Of a DNA stretch of 64,000 nt, positions 63,799-64,000 are shown piece by piece. Made by a program: the position numbers and the translations under genes. The stretch is from Meiothermus sp. (GTDB lineage Bacteria; Deinococcota; Deinococci; Deinococcales; Thermaceae): NCBI GenBank assembly GCA_033762915.1, contig JANRLD010000002.1, positions 32,168 through 96,167 on the forward strand, given 5' to 3'. Below the pieces are notes generated by a model, which made no database searches, was not told where the DNA came from, and saw only the letters and a list, made by a program, of their open reading frames with translations. The first letter of the stretch is position 1. Each line of letters opens with the position of its first letter.

Positions 63799-64000
63799 TC
63801 ACAGCTCATCCATCGGCACCCCAGCGCAGGCGTACAGTGCGGGGTTGTTGCTGTGAATCCACAGTGCCGAGGCTGCGCCAGCATCCCACACCCCCAGGAC
63901 AAAGTAGGCGAACAGCGACACCAAGAACGAACTCGAACGTCAGTACCGTGAGGTTACGGGATACCAGCCAAAGCACAGTTGCTAGTCCTACAAAGCCCGA
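63799..64000 (-). pseudogene. 3' end of a probable APC-family amino acid/amine permease, apparently frameshifted
   Basis: GFVGLATVLWLVSRNLTVLT in one frame continues as SSFLVSLFAYFVLGVWDAGAASALWIHSNNPALY in another. Confidence 0.45.

Overview
High-GC chromosomal window, most likely from a Thermaceae bacterium (Meiothermus/Calidithermus-like). This is inferred from DUF3248/DUF3809-type genes, a futalosine-pathway UbiD, many apparently leaderless genes and a strong excess of CTCGAG. Housekeeping genes (sucCD, mqnL/ubiD, dxs, metK, asnS, asd, csp, suhB) alternate with accessory modules: an ArsR-GH2-ABC-2xGH43 glycan locus, a TetR-ABC-2 exporter, a HAD-DSD1-RidA-GntR-TAXI TRAP catabolic locus, a stand-alone sensor globin next to a STAND/BTAD regulator, HxlR-VOC, and an amine oxidase locus that appears to be decaying. 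I saw no rRNA, tRNA, CRISPR array, transposase or phage genes. The most notable signals are: (1) a probable leaderless Thr-rich leader-peptide attenuator (MVWYTTTTT) upstream of asd; (2) about 20 miniature inverted-repeat elements in two families, which insert at TNA/TA sites including stop codons and nest reciprocally inside each other; (3) a diguanylate cyclase interrupted by a single in-frame TAG; (4) HIP-like over-use of CTCGAG; (5) a 52-aa DUF2256-like gene absent from the ORF track. Family assignments come from recognising motifs by eye; no database searches were run.
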